Origin: Dehalococcoidia bacterium
Lineage (GTDB): Bacteria; Chloroflexota; Dehalococcoidia; UBA6926
Assembly: GCA_963666115.2 (NCBI GenBank)
Contig: CAXXET010000006.1
Location: 64,001 to 128,000, forward strand
Direction: 5' to 3'
Length of the DNA: 64,000 bases
Of this stretch, positions 30,458 through 42,700 are shown piece by piece (position 1 is the stretch's first letter; each line of letters begins with the position of its first letter). The notes beneath the pieces were generated by a model that was given only the letters and a program-made list of their open reading frames with translations, searched no databases and was not told where the DNA came from. A program made the position numbers and the translations under genes.

Positions 30458-31594
30458 ATGATTCCATCCGAAACCCACTCCCGCCACCGCGCCCTCCTCG
30501 CCGAACTCTCCAACGCCTTCGGCCCCACCGGCCACGAGGGCCCCGTCCGCGCCATCGTCCGCCGTGAGCTTGAACCCCTCGCCGACGCCCTCGAAACGGA
30601 CGGCATCGGCTCCCTCATCGCCCGCATCGGCGATGAAGCCGAGGGGGTGCCCCGCGTCATGCTCGCCGCCCACATGGATGAAGTCGGCCTCATGGTCCGA
30701 CACATCACCCCGGAGGGATTCCTGGCCATCCAGACCCTCGGCGGCTGGCTGGATCAGGCGCTCATCAACCAGCGGTGGGTCGTCATGACCCGCAACGGCC
30801 CCGTCCCCGGCCTCACCGGCATCAAGACCGTCCACGTCATGCAGCCCGAAGCCCGCGCCCAGGTCTTCAAAAAGGAGGCCATCTTCATCGACGTCGGCGC
30901 GAAGAACAAGGACGACGCCGAGCAGCGCCTCGCCATCCGCCCCGGTGATCCCGTCGCGCCGGACAGTCGCTTCCAGGAGTTTGTGGGCGGTGAACTCTAC
31001 CTCGGCAAGGCGTGGGACGATAGGGCAGGGGTGGCCGGACTCATCGAGGTCGCCCGCGCCCTCCGTGAATCCGCCGCCCCCCTCCCCGCGACCCTCTACC
31101 TCGTCGCCACCGTCCAGGAAGAAGTCGGCTTGCGCGGCGCCCACACAAGCAGCTTCCACGTCATGCCGGACATCGGCATCAACCTGGAATCCGGCGTCGC
31201 CGGCGACTACCCCGGCATCACCACGGACGAGGCGCAGGAAAAACTCGGCAAAGGCCCCACCGTCTTCCTCCATGACAGCTCCATGCTCCCCAACCTCCGC
31301 CTCCGCGATCTCTTTGTCGAAACCGCCGCCGAGCTCGATATGCCCCTCCAGTTCAACGTCCTCAGCGGCTACGGCGAAGACGGCGCGGAGATGCAAAAGG
31401 CAGGCGCCGGAGCCCCCTCAATCAACATCGCCGTCCCCACCCGCTACCTCCACAGCCACAACAGCGTCATCCACCGCGATGACTTCGCCAACGCCGTCCG
31501 CCTCGTCACCGAAGTCATCCGCCGCCTCACCCCCCAAACCGTCACCAATCTCACAACCTTTTCCGATGAACCCACCCTGACCACCGGAGCATGA
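30458..31594 (+). CDS. M42 family metallo-aminopeptidase
   Basis: AAHMDEVG, GKAWDDRAG, TVQEEVGLRGA, PTRYLHS. Confidence 0.93.
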   Translation: MIPSETHSRHRALLAELSNAFGPTGHEGPVRAIVRRELEPLADALETDGIGSLIARIGDEAEGVPRVMLAAHMDEVGLMVRHITPEGFLAIQTLGGWLDQALINQRWVVMTRNGPVPGLTGIKTVHVMQPEARAQVFKKEAIFIDVGAKNKDDAEQRLAIRPGDPVAPDSRFQEFVGGELYLGKAWDDRAGVAGLIEVARALRESAAPLPATLYLVATVQEEVGLRGAHTSSFHVMPDIGINLESGVAGDYPGITTDEAQEKLGKGPTVFLHDSSMLPNLRLRDLFVETAAELDMPLQFNVLSGYGEDGAEMQKAGAGAPSINIAVPTRYLHSHNSVIHRDDFANAVRLVTEVIRRLTPQTVTNLTTFSDEPTLTTGA

Positions 31595-33066
31595 CCATGC
31601 CTCTTATTCCCAAGGTGATGAGCACCCAGCACCCGGACAACGCAGCCGCGCCCGCCTACGCCGTTGATGGAGTCATCAAGGGCGACGGCGAAATCAGCGA
31701 GGCCGTCGACGCCTTCGGACTCGGCTGCGATGAGCAGATGTGGGATTCGGAAGGCAAGGACACTGATACCCACGTCGTCCAGAAGCTTCTTGGCAACTAC
31801 TCCGACTTCTTCCGCGAGGAGCGCCGGTTGGGACGGGACACCGTCATCACCCTGCGCGTCCCCAACCCCGCCATCGAGGTTGAGATGCGGAAGCTGATGG
31901 TTGAGGCGTTGCAGGGCATCCCCACCGCCTTCGATGTGGCCCGTGAGTTCTATGGCGGTGACCCGGAGCCGCCCATACAGGAGATCATTCTCCCCTTCAC
32001 CTCCTCCGCCGGCGAACTCGCTCGCATCGCGGCCTACTACGAGAACTTCATCGTCGGGCAGGAATCACGCACTCTCCTGGACGGCGTATCCGTTCGCGAT
32101 TGGATAGGCGAATTCCTCCCGAAGCGCATTCGCGTTATCCCGCTCGTGGAGGAGCGCGATCAGATGCTCCGCGTCGATGACATCGTCCGCGAGTACCTGC
32201 GGGAGCGTGAGGAGCCGTACCAGCGTGTCTTCCTGGCCCGCAGCGACCCCGCCCTGAACTACGGTATGGTTGGCGCGGAAATCCTGCTCAAGTCCGCCCT
32301 CCACCGCGTTGACCGGCTCGCGCAGGAGACCGGCATTCCCATGTACCCGATTATCGGCGCCGGCTCCGTCCCGTTCCGCGGACACCTGACACCCGCCAAC
32401 ACGGCCCGCGCCTTCCGTGAATACCCCAGCGTCCACACCCTCACCGTCCAGTCCGCCTTCAAATTTGACTATCCCCGTGACGATGTGGCATCGGCCATCG
32501 CCCAAATCCGGGCTCACGAACAGGCGCCCGCGCAGCCGATTGATGAGCAGCGCGCCGTCGCCATCCTCGATAAGGCCGCCGCTGAGTACCAAAGGCAGGT
32601 GCGCAGCCTTGCCCCCACCATCGCCGCAGTCTCCGCCCTCTCCCCGCGCAGGCGGGAGCGCAAGCTCCACGTGGGGCTCTTCGGCTACGGCCGCTCCCTC
32701 TCCGGCTCGGACGACGTTACGCTCCCCCGCGCCATCGCCTTCACCACCGCCCTCTACTCCATCGGCGTCCCCCCGGAACTCCTCGGCCTCGCCGCCCTTG
32801 ACCAGGATGACTTCGCCTACCTGCGAGAAATCTACCCCAGCTTCGCGGAAGACCTCGCCACGGCCCTCCGCTATGCGAACGAAACGCGCGTCAACCAGCT
32901 CCTTGGGGACAACTACCGCCGCCTCCTTGTCCGCTTCACGGAAGAGATCGACCGCATTCACGAAGGTCTCACCACCGCAGTCTGGGCCAGCATCGAGCAG
33001 GACGCCACCGGCCAGGTCCCCCACTACATCGCAGAAGCAGGACAACTCCGCCGCTTCCTGGGCTGA
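31591..33066 (+). CDS. ppcA: Archaeal-type phosphoenolpyruvate carboxylase
   Basis: IPKVMSTQHPDN, EQMWDSEGK, RVFLARSDPALNYG, GSVPFRG, LPRAIAF; 491 aa. Confidence 0.92.
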   Translation: MTMPLIPKVMSTQHPDNAAAPAYAVDGVIKGDGEISEAVDAFGLGCDEQMWDSEGKDTDTHVVQKLLGNYSDFFREERRLGRDTVITLRVPNPAIEVEMRKLMVEALQGIPTAFDVAREFYGGDPEPPIQEIILPFTSSAGELARIAAYYENFIVGQESRTLLDGVSVRDWIGEFLPKRIRVIPLVEERDQMLRVDDIVREYLREREEPYQRVFLARSDPALNYGMVGAEILLKSALHRVDRLAQETGIPMYPIIGAGSVPFRGHLTPANTARAFREYPSVHTLTVQSAFKFDYPRDDVASAIAQIRAHEQAPAQPIDEQRAVAILDKAAAEYQRQVRSLAPTIAAVSALSPRRRERKLHVGLFGYGRSLSGSDDVTLPRAIAFTTALYSIGVPPELLGLAALDQDDFAYLREIYPSFAEDLATALRYANETRVNQLLGDNYRRLLVRFTEEIDRIHEGLTTAVWASIEQDATGQVPHYIAEAGQLRRFLG

Positions 33067-33073
33067 ATCCCCC

Positions 33074-33100
33074 CCGTTCACCCTGAGCCTGTCGAAGGGC
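33074..33100 (+). repeat. Family C repeat
   Basis: ccgttcaccctgagcctgtcgaagggc. Confidence 0.85.
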
Positions 33101-33140
33101 GCCCTATGCTAGACTGTCCCCTGAAAGGCGGACACCACCC

Positions 33141-33407
33141 ATGACAACCCAAACACCAACCCCCACTGACAACGAGCGTCTCAGCACCCTCGAAGGAACC
33201 GTTGGCCAAATGTCTGAGCGCATGTCTGACATGCATTCCCAGATGATCAGCCACAACGAGAACAACAAACGCCGCGCATGACAGGCTCCATAACGACATC
33301 AACAACCTCCGCACCCTCATGTTCATGGGCTTTTCGGCCTCATGTGGGCCACCATGGTCGGCGGCTTCATCGCCCTCTTCGTCGCCATCCTTAACGTCCC
33401 CTCCTAA
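33141..33407 (+). pseudogene. Frameshifted paralog of the small coiled-coil/TM gene at 44845
   Basis: MTTQTPTPTDNERLSTLEG..., LRTLMFMG, LMWATMVGGFIALFVAILNVPS read across three frames. Confidence 0.75.
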
Positions 33408-33415
33408 CCCCCCTC

Positions 33416-33442
33416 GTTTTTCCCGCGAAAGCGGGAATCCAG
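33416..33442 (+). repeat. Family A repeat
   Basis: gtttttcccgcgaaagcgggaatccag. Confidence 0.85.
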
Positions 33443-33603
33443 CCCCCCAAAAACTTGACACCCCGCCCCCTTTCCGCGCATAGTGAACCTTGGTATCCGG
33501 CTCGGGCATTCTCATGCCCCCGCCACGTCTTACCACACGTCCCACGCAGACGCGCAACGATATTCCTTGGCGCCGTTCACACAAGCGGCCCATTTGGGGA
33601 TGC

Positions 33604-35304
33604 ATGGCAAAGTACGTCTTTGTGACCGGCGGCGTCGTTAGTTCCATCGGTAAGGGCATCACCGCCGCCGCCATTGGTCGGCTCTTCACTAGCCGCGGCA
33701 TCAGGGTCGCTGTTCAGAAGCTTGACCCCTATCTGAACGTCGACCCCGGCACCATGTCCCCCTACCAGCACGGCGAGGTCTTCGTCACCAGGGACGGCGC
33801 CGAGACCGATCTCGACCTCGGACACTATGAACGATTCGTGGACACCGAAATGACACGCTCATCCAGCGTCACCGCCGGACAGGTCTACTCGTCCGTCCTC
33901 TCCCGCGAGAGGCGCGGCGACTTCCTCGGCGGCACCATCCAGGTCATCCCCCACGTCACCAACTCCATCAAGAACCGCATGAGGCACGTCGCCGACGAAA
34001 CCGGGGCGGAGGTCATCATCATCGAGGTCGGCGGCACCGTCGGCGACATCGAGGGCCAGCCCTTCCTCGAAGCCATCCGCCAGGTCCGCAATGAGGTCGG
34101 GCGCGCCGACGCCATCTTCGTCCACGTCACCTATCTCCCGTACCTCCACGCCACCGGCGAGCTCAAGACCAAGCCCACACAGCACTCCGTACGCGAGCTT
34201 GGCCGCGTCGCCGGCATCGCCCCGGACGTCATCATCGCCCGCAGCGAGGTTGAGGCCGACCAGGACACGGTCGACAAGATCGCCCTCTTCTGCGACGTTG
34301 AGAAACAAGCCGTCGTGCCCCTCTCCACCGTGGACACCATCTACCGCGTCCCCCTCCTCCTTGAAGAGCGCGGCCTGGGCGACTACCTCCTTAAAAGGAT
34401 GCAGCTCGCGGACTATGCCCAGGCCGAGCCGCAGCTCGATGATTGGCGCGATCTTGTCCGCCGTTTTGAAGAGCCCAAGCCCCCCCTCACCGTCGCCATC
34501 GTCGGCAAGTACGTCGAACTGCGCGATGCCTATCTATCCGTTAAAGAGGCGCTCGCCCACGCCGGCCTTGAGATCGGCGTGGACATCGATATCGAGTGGA
34601 TATCCGCCGAAGAGCTTGAGCAGGACGGCTGGGAAGCGCAGTTGGAGCGCGCCCACGGCATCGTCGTCCCCGGCGGCTTCGGCGAGCGCGGCATCGAGGG
34701 CATGATCCGCGCCGCCTCCTACGCGAGGGAGCAGCGCGTCCCGTACCTCGGCCTCTGCCTGGGCATGCAGATCATGGTCATCGAGTTCGCGCGAAACGTC
34801 GCCGGCCTCCGTGGCGCAAACTCCACCGAGTTTGACGTGGCAACCCCCCACCCCGTCATCCACATCATGGAAGACCAGGAGCGCATCCGCGCCAAGGGCG
34901 GCACCATGCGCCTCGGCTCCTACCTCTGCCACCTCACCCCCGGCACCAGCGCCGCCCGCGCCTATGGCAACCCGGAGACCATCGTGGAGCGCCACCGCCA
35001 CCGCTTTGAATTCAACAACGCCTATCGCTCTTCCTTTAAGGAGGCCGGCCTCATCGTCAGCGGCGCATACCGTGAGCTTGACCTCGTCGAGATATCCGAG
35101 GTGCGCGACCACCCATTCATGCTCGGCACCCAATTCCACCCGGAGTTCAAGTCCCGACCCACGCGCGCCCACCCCCTCTTCCGCGAATTCGTCTCCGTCG
35201 CCGCCGACATCCTCCGCGAAGGCGAACAACCCGCCCTGCTAATAGCCCAGGACGGCCTCGCCCACCCCGCCCAACGCCCCCACCCCGAAGCCGCAGTAGG
35301 GTAA
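33604..35304 (+). CDS. pyrG: CTP synthase
   Basis: KYVFVTGGVVSSIGKG, DPGTMSPYQHGEV, GLCLGMQ, QFHPEF; TTGACA...CATAGT promoter-like sequence at about 33455-33485. Confidence 0.98.
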   Translation: MAKYVFVTGGVVSSIGKGITAAAIGRLFTSRGIRVAVQKLDPYLNVDPGTMSPYQHGEVFVTRDGAETDLDLGHYERFVDTEMTRSSSVTAGQVYSSVLSRERRGDFLGGTIQVIPHVTNSIKNRMRHVADETGAEVIIIEVGGTVGDIEGQPFLEAIRQVRNEVGRADAIFVHVTYLPYLHATGELKTKPTQHSVRELGRVAGIAPDVIIARSEVEADQDTVDKIALFCDVEKQAVVPLSTVDTIYRVPLLLEERGLGDYLLKRMQLADYAQAEPQLDDWRDLVRRFEEPKPPLTVAIVGKYVELRDAYLSVKEALAHAGLEIGVDIDIEWISAEELEQDGWEAQLERAHGIVVPGGFGERGIEGMIRAASYAREQRVPYLGLCLGMQIMVIEFARNVAGLRGANSTEFDVATPHPVIHIMEDQERIRAKGGTMRLGSYLCHLTPGTSAARAYGNPETIVERHRHRFEFNNAYRSSFKEAGLIVSGAYRELDLVEISEVRDHPFMLGTQFHPEFKSRPTRAHPLFREFVSVAADILREGEQPALLIAQDGLAHPAQRPHPEAAVG

Positions 35305-35308
35305 CCAC

Positions 35309-35509
35309 GTGGCAAGGAAGTACAGAGATGCAATCCGTATCATCAAGAATGACGGCTGGTACTATTCGTACAGCAGGGGTGGGCATGACTACTACTACCA
35401 CGATGTCAAACGCGGCAAAGTCACCGTTGACGGCCGCCCCGGCGACGACATCCGCAAAAAGCGTTGGGCGCAGATCATGAGGCAGGCAGGCCTCAGGGAG
35501 CGATACTGA
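35309..35509 (+). CDS. hicA: HicA-family mRNA interferase toxin
   Basis: IIKNDGWY...RGGHDYYYH..KRGKVTV...IMRQAGL. Confidence 0.85.
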   Translation: MARKYRDAIRIIKNDGWYYSYSRGGHDYYYHDVKRGKVTVDGRPGDDIRKKRWAQIMRQAGLRERY

Positions 35510-35976
35510 TGAAGCTGACGAAACTCACCTACGCAGTCGTCCTGACAGAGGGCCCCAACAACTGGGACGGGTATTGCCCGGACGTCCCCTCAGTCTTCAG
35601 CGCCGGCGCTGACATCCATGACCAGCGCAAACGCCTCGCCTCCGCCCTCGCCTTCCACCTCGAATGTCTCGCCGCGGACGGCGAGCCCATCCCATATCCC
35701 AGGATGACCACCCCGGAGGAAGCCCTTGAACATGAGGCCAAGACCGACGCCGAATACGCCGCCGAGTTCCCGGATGAACCCACAGACCAGGAGGAAGGCT
35801 GGTCCGAACCCATCGCAGAAATGATGGAAATCGAAACCAACATCACCAATCCCAACCCGCCCCCCGCCAGACCCGGCCGGAATGCCCGCCCCCGCCGCCG
35901 CTCCCGCCCCGAATCCCCCGCGAAGGCGGGGGCCCCCTCCGCTCACCCTGAGCCCGTCGAAGGGCGAACCCCCTAA
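35509..35976 (+). CDS. hicB: HicB-family antitoxin with a C-terminal read-through into repeats
   Basis: YAVVLTEGPNNWDGYCPDVP...ALAFHLECL..DGEPIP; TGATG overlap; tail encodes the repeats at 35914-35966. Confidence 0.82.
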   Translation: MKLTKLTYAVVLTEGPNNWDGYCPDVPSVFSAGADIHDQRKRLASALAFHLECLAADGEPIPYPRMTTPEEALEHEAKTDAEYAAEFPDEPTDQEEGWSEPIAEMMEIETNITNPNPPPARPGRNARPRRRSRPESPAKAGAPSAHPEPVEGRTP

Positions 35977-36002
35977 CCGCCCCTTAATTAAAGGAGACCC
36001 AC

Positions 36003-37703
<1,701 letters not shown>

Positions 37704-37711
37704 GGCGCCCA

Positions 37712-38209
37712 ATGCCAACACCCACTCTCGGCGCTGTCTACATCGAAACCTCCGTCGTCTCATACCTCACCGCGCGCGCCTCCACAGACCTCTCAATGGC
37801 CGCCCGCCAACTCGCCACCCTGGAATGGTGGACCAACCACAGGCAGCGCTATCGACTTGTCACCTCGGAGCTCACACTCACGGAAGCCCGTCAGGGAGAC
37901 AGGGCCGCAGCCGACAGGAGGCTGGCCGCCTTGCGCGGCATCCCGCTCCTCCCCATCACCGCGGAGGCGCAGCAACTCACGGACGCCCTCATCGACGCCG
38001 GGGCAGTGCCGGCAGCCTCACGCATCGACGCCGCCCACATCGCCGTATCCGCCGTCCATGGCATCGACTACCTCTTAACGTGGAACTTTCGCCACATCGC
38101 CAACGTCCGCAACCAGGCCCTCATTTTCACCGTCTGCCAACAGCAGGGGTATACTAGCCCCGGAATAGGCGCTCCATCCGCGCTCATGGGAGACCCAACC
38201 GATGGCTGA
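37712..38209 (+). CDS. PIN-domain toxin
   Basis: VYIETSVVSYLTAR, DAAHIAVSAVHGIDYLLTWNFRHIAN. Confidence 0.88.
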   Translation: MPTPTLGAVYIETSVVSYLTARASTDLSMAARQLATLEWWTNHRQRYRLVTSELTLTEARQGDRAAADRRLAALRGIPLLPITAEAQQLTDALIDAGAVPAASRIDAAHIAVSAVHGIDYLLTWNFRHIANVRNQALIFTVCQQQGYTSPGIGAPSALMGDPTDG

Positions 38210-38774
38210 CAAGATCATGGAAGAACTCTGGAAGATCAGAGACGACTTCGCCCGTGAGCACGGCTACGACACAGGCCGCATGTTTGACTACCTTCGCAGT
38301 GTGGACGGGCGCACCGCCGAAGACTGGCTAACTGATCGCGATTCACACGGTTCCGAAGACACGCCCTCATACATCCGCGCGATCACCGAAACCCCCACGC
38401 CCACTGCGGAGTGGCCTTTCCCCGGCGGCCCCCTCAACACCCAGCTCTTTGACGAAGCCAAAGACTGCTACCTTGAAGGCCGCTTCCGCGCCGCCATCCT
38501 CCTCGGACTCGCGTGCGCCGAACGGGCCCTGGCCGCCTCCCTGCGCCCCGCAGGCGGTGATCACAATCGGGCAGGGCAGGCAGCGCTCCATGATCTCCTG
38601 GCCGCCGCAAGGCGCGACGGCCTCATCGACCCCGCCGATTGCGACTATCTGGACACAATCGACGCAAAGAGGAACGACTCCGTCCACCAGCCCGACCATA
38701 TCCTTGAGCGTCACGCCTCCCGCGTCATCGCCGCAGCCACCCGCCTCATCTCAACCCTCTCCAAGGAAATCTAA
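38202..38774 (+). CDS. Small PIN-partner peptide fused to a HEPN/DUF4145-like domain
   Basis: N-terminal DKIMEELWKIRDDFAREHGYD; later EAKDCYLEGRFRAAILL...ERAL and RNDSVH (Rx4H). Confidence 0.6.
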   Translation: MADKIMEELWKIRDDFAREHGYDTGRMFDYLRSVDGRTAEDWLTDRDSHGSEDTPSYIRAITETPTPTAEWPFPGGPLNTQLFDEAKDCYLEGRFRAAILLGLACAERALAASLRPAGGDHNRAGQAALHDLLAAARRDGLIDPADCDYLDTIDAKRNDSVHQPDHILERHASRVIAAATRLISTLSKEI

Positions 38775-38807
38775 CCCTGCTACACTGTCCGCAGGAGACA
38801 CCCGCCA

Positions 38808-39311
38808 ATGGACTCGGACACCATAACCATCCTCACCGCCATGGGCGTCGGCTTCATAGCCCTCGCCGCCCTTGTGGTCAGCCTCTTCGCCTGGCTCCGG
38901 TCAGACATGGCCAAAATGGAAGAGCGCGTGAACAAGCGCATGGACGACGGCTTCGCCCGTGTAGACCAGCGCTTCGAAGCCGTAGACGCCCGCATGGATC
39001 GGATGGATGCCAGGTTTGACGGCGTAGATGCCCGCTTTGATCGCGTGGACGCCCGCTTTGACCGCATGGAAGAGCGCTTTGACGCCCGCTTCCAGCGTGT
39101 TGAATCCCAACTCAATACCCTCGCAGAAGACATCGCCCGCATGGACGAACGCCTTGAAGCCCTCGAAGCCCGCCTCAAGGCCCTTGAAGCCGAGGTCGCC
39201 CAGCTCCACGCCCAGACCGCACGCTTCAGCGAGCGCATGGCGCACCTGGACGGCCTCCTCGATGGACTCCGCCAGGCCATCGTCGCCGCCGCCCGCACCC
39301 CCGCCGCCTAA
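38808..39311 (+). CDS. N-terminal TM plus heptad-repeat coiled-coil protein
   Basis: Hydrophobic N-terminus; (V/M)DARFD(R/G) heptads encoded by degenerate 21-bp tandem repeats. Confidence 0.8.
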   Translation: MDSDTITILTAMGVGFIALAALVVSLFAWLRSDMAKMEERVNKRMDDGFARVDQRFEAVDARMDRMDARFDGVDARFDRVDARFDRMEERFDARFQRVESQLNTLAEDIARMDERLEALEARLKALEAEVAQLHAQTARFSERMAHLDGLLDGLRQAIVAAARTPAA

Positions 39312-39371
39312 CCCCCTCCCCAAACCCAAACCCATTTCGAAAAACCCTACCTAATCCCACGCCATAGGCTA

Positions 39372-39401
39372 TTGACAACATATGCCAATCTCCCCTATAG
39401 T
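39372..39401 (+). promoter_or_regulatory. Near-consensus sigma70 promoter
   Basis: TTGACA-18 nt-TATAGT. Confidence 0.75.
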
Positions 39402-39407
39402 CTCTCG

Positions 39408-39790
39408 CAGTGACTACGCCTCGCGTCAGGCGTGGGGTATTGGGTGTAGCGCTATTGCGCCGTCCAATCCCCGGTGGGGCAGGACGCGCAGCCACGCACT
39501 GCTTGAGTTGGAGGACTACCCGGAGAGTCGCCTCAAACCTCTCCGAAGACAGGGAGACCGGTCAGAACGACGGAACAGCGCGGGATTGTCAGCGCCCACT
39601 CCACGCCGCATCACGCGGCAAACGTGAGGGTCTCCTGGCGCCCACAGACAGGGAGGAGCAGATGAGTCTACGAGAGCCTTGGCAATCACGAAGCCCCACG
39701 AAGGGCGCCCACAAACCATCACGTTCCTCTACATCACTCGGGAAAGAGGGCCCCAAAGGCCCACATCACAGTTACGGAAGGGGGCTTCCT
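39408..39790 (+). ncRNA. Candidate long structured 5' leader (about 380 nt)
   Basis: Several hairpins between the promoter and the GTG start; no family recognised. Confidence 0.4.
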
Positions 39791-42700
39791 GTGAAGCGCA
39801 AAGCACTCGTAATCTTGACGGTCGCAATCCTGGCTCTCGCCTTGATTCCGGCCCTCGGGGTTCAGGCCGCAACGGGCGCGGTTAAGATCGTTACGCCCGC
39901 TGAACTCGCCAACCCCACAACGGACAGGACGGCGGCTTTTGACAAGCTCACCAACGCGCCGTACGTCTCCGACGCCTATGGCGAAATCTCCGGCGATATG
40001 TCCGATGTCTACGGCACACTCTACGCCGTCATCGAGGACAACGACGCCACAGCGAACGCCCACCAGGAATACACCGCGTACTTCGGCTCGCAGAGCAATC
40101 AAGACGGCGTGTCCATGGATTTGGACGAGTTGGCTGTCGACACCGTTTATCCCGGTGGAGCCAAAGTCCATGACCATGTAGTCCCGACGGCCGTAACTGC
40201 TCCTGCTACCGCTACTCCGAATGATATTGGCCTCACTGCAGTAGCGAACGATGCCCTTGTGATCGCGGATCGCAACCGTGACGGCGTGGTGAACGGCAAC
40301 GACGTGACCGTCATCAGCTACGGCGTGGATGGCGACGGTAACGAAACCGGTAAGCGCATCTGGCCGGCCACCCTGGTCTTCGACGTGCAAGAGGACACCA
40401 TTTGGGCCAACTTCGCGTCGATGGACACCGCCGCCACCAATGTCCGCGTTCACTTCGTCACGGCCAAGAAGGACACCCTTCTGTACACAACCGGCTCCAA
40501 CACCGGCAAGAGCCTTGTCAGCGTTGAAAGCGATACCGGCGACGCCATCACCATCACCGCGACGGAGAAGAACATCGCCGGGATGGCCACAGGCATTACC
40601 GACGCGGTGGATAGCGCCGACTTTGAGAACGCGGACTACGACTCCACGGACTCCGGCATCTTCCTCGCGCGCTTCGGCGTGATCGACAACCGCTGGAAGA
40701 CCATGCTTACCGATTGGGTAACGGCCGCAGAGGCTGCCGTGGCGACGACCACCGCGACAGCCACTGCCGGAATCGTCCCCGCGCAAACCGGAGCCGGTAC
40801 AACTGCTAGCCCGTACGTTCCCGGCACTCTTATCGTGCCGGTCACCGTTGACTCTTCCGTCACGCACAACGGCACGGATCACTACGTGTACGACGGGAAC
40901 AAGGACGGCGTGATCGACCACAAGGACTTCACCGTTGGGGTGACTTGGACGGAAGGGACCGCAGACACCGATACAACTAATGACCCCGGGCTGACCGTCG
41001 TAGCTACCCACCTTGTCAAGGGCGGCACCGTGGCAGCCGACCATGACTGCAGCGGCACCGCAGCCGACGACACCGTTGTTGCAACGGACACCCTGTGCAC
41101 GACGATTAGCAACACCGGTGTTATCACCGAGACCGAAGACACGACCACGGTCACGGCGACAAGCAAGGTTGTTGACAGCGTTGCCGGGCTTGAGGACGAT
41201 CTGGATATGCAGGCCACGGGCAGCGGCGATAACGCCAAGACCCGGAAGGAAGTCATCGAGGGCATCGCAGCCTTTGCCGGCCTCTGCTCCACGGACGCCT
41301 GCCCTGAGGCGGACTCCCTGGGCGATGCCGTCAACGGCCAGGCCAATAACCTGGGCGCGAGCGACGGCCCGGCGGGCGACCTCGTCCGCCAGCTCCTCGG
41401 CGTCTCGGACGGTGATGACATCGATGTCCTCTACCGCGACCAGAGCCCGAGCGGCACACGCAGCGCCACCTCCACGGTTGACCTGCGCGCGCCCACCATC
41501 GGCGGCCTCAACCCCGCCAATGACACCTTCACCACGGATGACAGGTTTGATGTCCTCTTCACGGTGACCGACGCCGACGCCGGCCTGCCCGAAGACGCCG
41601 AGTCCACCAACTTCGCGGGCTCCGGCGATAACGCCAGGAACTTCGTAGCCGTCGTGGCTGCCGCCAGGCAAGAGGGTGGAACCGGGTACAACGACTCCGA
41701 CGCGAGCGCGTCCAAGCTCGACGAGGACGACGAGATCCCTGACGGCTTCAGCTATGAGTTGGAGATCGACGCCAACAACGCGGCCCGGCTCGCCAGCAAC
41801 GACAACAAGAACCTTGAAGTCCGCATGACCATCACCGCCTACGACAAGGCCGGCAACAAGGGCGTCGCCAACGTCTTCTACACGATCGACGTGATCGATC
41901 CGGACCTCCTCGGCGCGCTCACCGGCATCGGCGTGGAGTTTTCCTCCACGTTGGACCGCAACGACAAGGGAGACAAGGGCGCGCACAAGGTCCTGGAGAA
42001 CAACCGCCGCTGGATGGCCCTCGTCTTCAACGGCCCCGTTGACGGCTCCAACCTCAACCCCTCGGACGTCGCAATCGGCGGCCAGAGCGTGGATGATGTC
42101 ATCTGGCTCAACAACGTGGGCGACAACGTCGTCACCACGGCGGCCAACCAGGACAGCGGCAACATCACCGGCACCACCGGCGCGGGCCTTGCCCTCAAGG
42201 CCGGAACGAAGGGCCAGGACGCGAGGCACGTCCTCTTCGTCAAGCTCGCAACAGACCTTGACACCACCGATCGGCCGCAGGTCGAGATCGATGGCGATGA
42301 CATCCCTGACCTTGCCGGCAACACCAGCCGCTCGGACCACACCATCGCCCGGGCAACGGATCGCCTCGCCCCGGTCTTCACCGTCACCCTGGACGACAAG
42401 CTCAGCAACAACAACCTTGGCGTGACCATCGTGTCCACCGAGGAGCTCCGCCGCTCGCCCACCGCGACCGTCAGCAACGCGCTCGGCGTCGTCAAGCGCC
42501 TGGTCGTCCGTGACAGCGGTGAGAACGCCTGGACGGTCAACACCGCCCGCTCCGGCATCGGACTCGGCGGCAGCGGCCATGACGGCATCTGGACCGTCAA
42601 CGTCTCCGGCGAGGACAGCAACGGCAACGGCGCCACCAACATGAAGGCCAAGTGGGAGCTTGACACCAAGGTCAACAACGGTATGGCCCCCACGCGCGGC

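Noticed and set aside
38930-39200. 21-bp periodic repeats considered as a CRISPR array
   Set aside because: Degenerate coding heptads with no unique spacers; no cas genes.
39410-39790. N-terminal 127 residues of the 1405-aa ORF
   Set aside because: The signal peptide and RBS point to GTG 39791; the upstream part is better explained as a leader.
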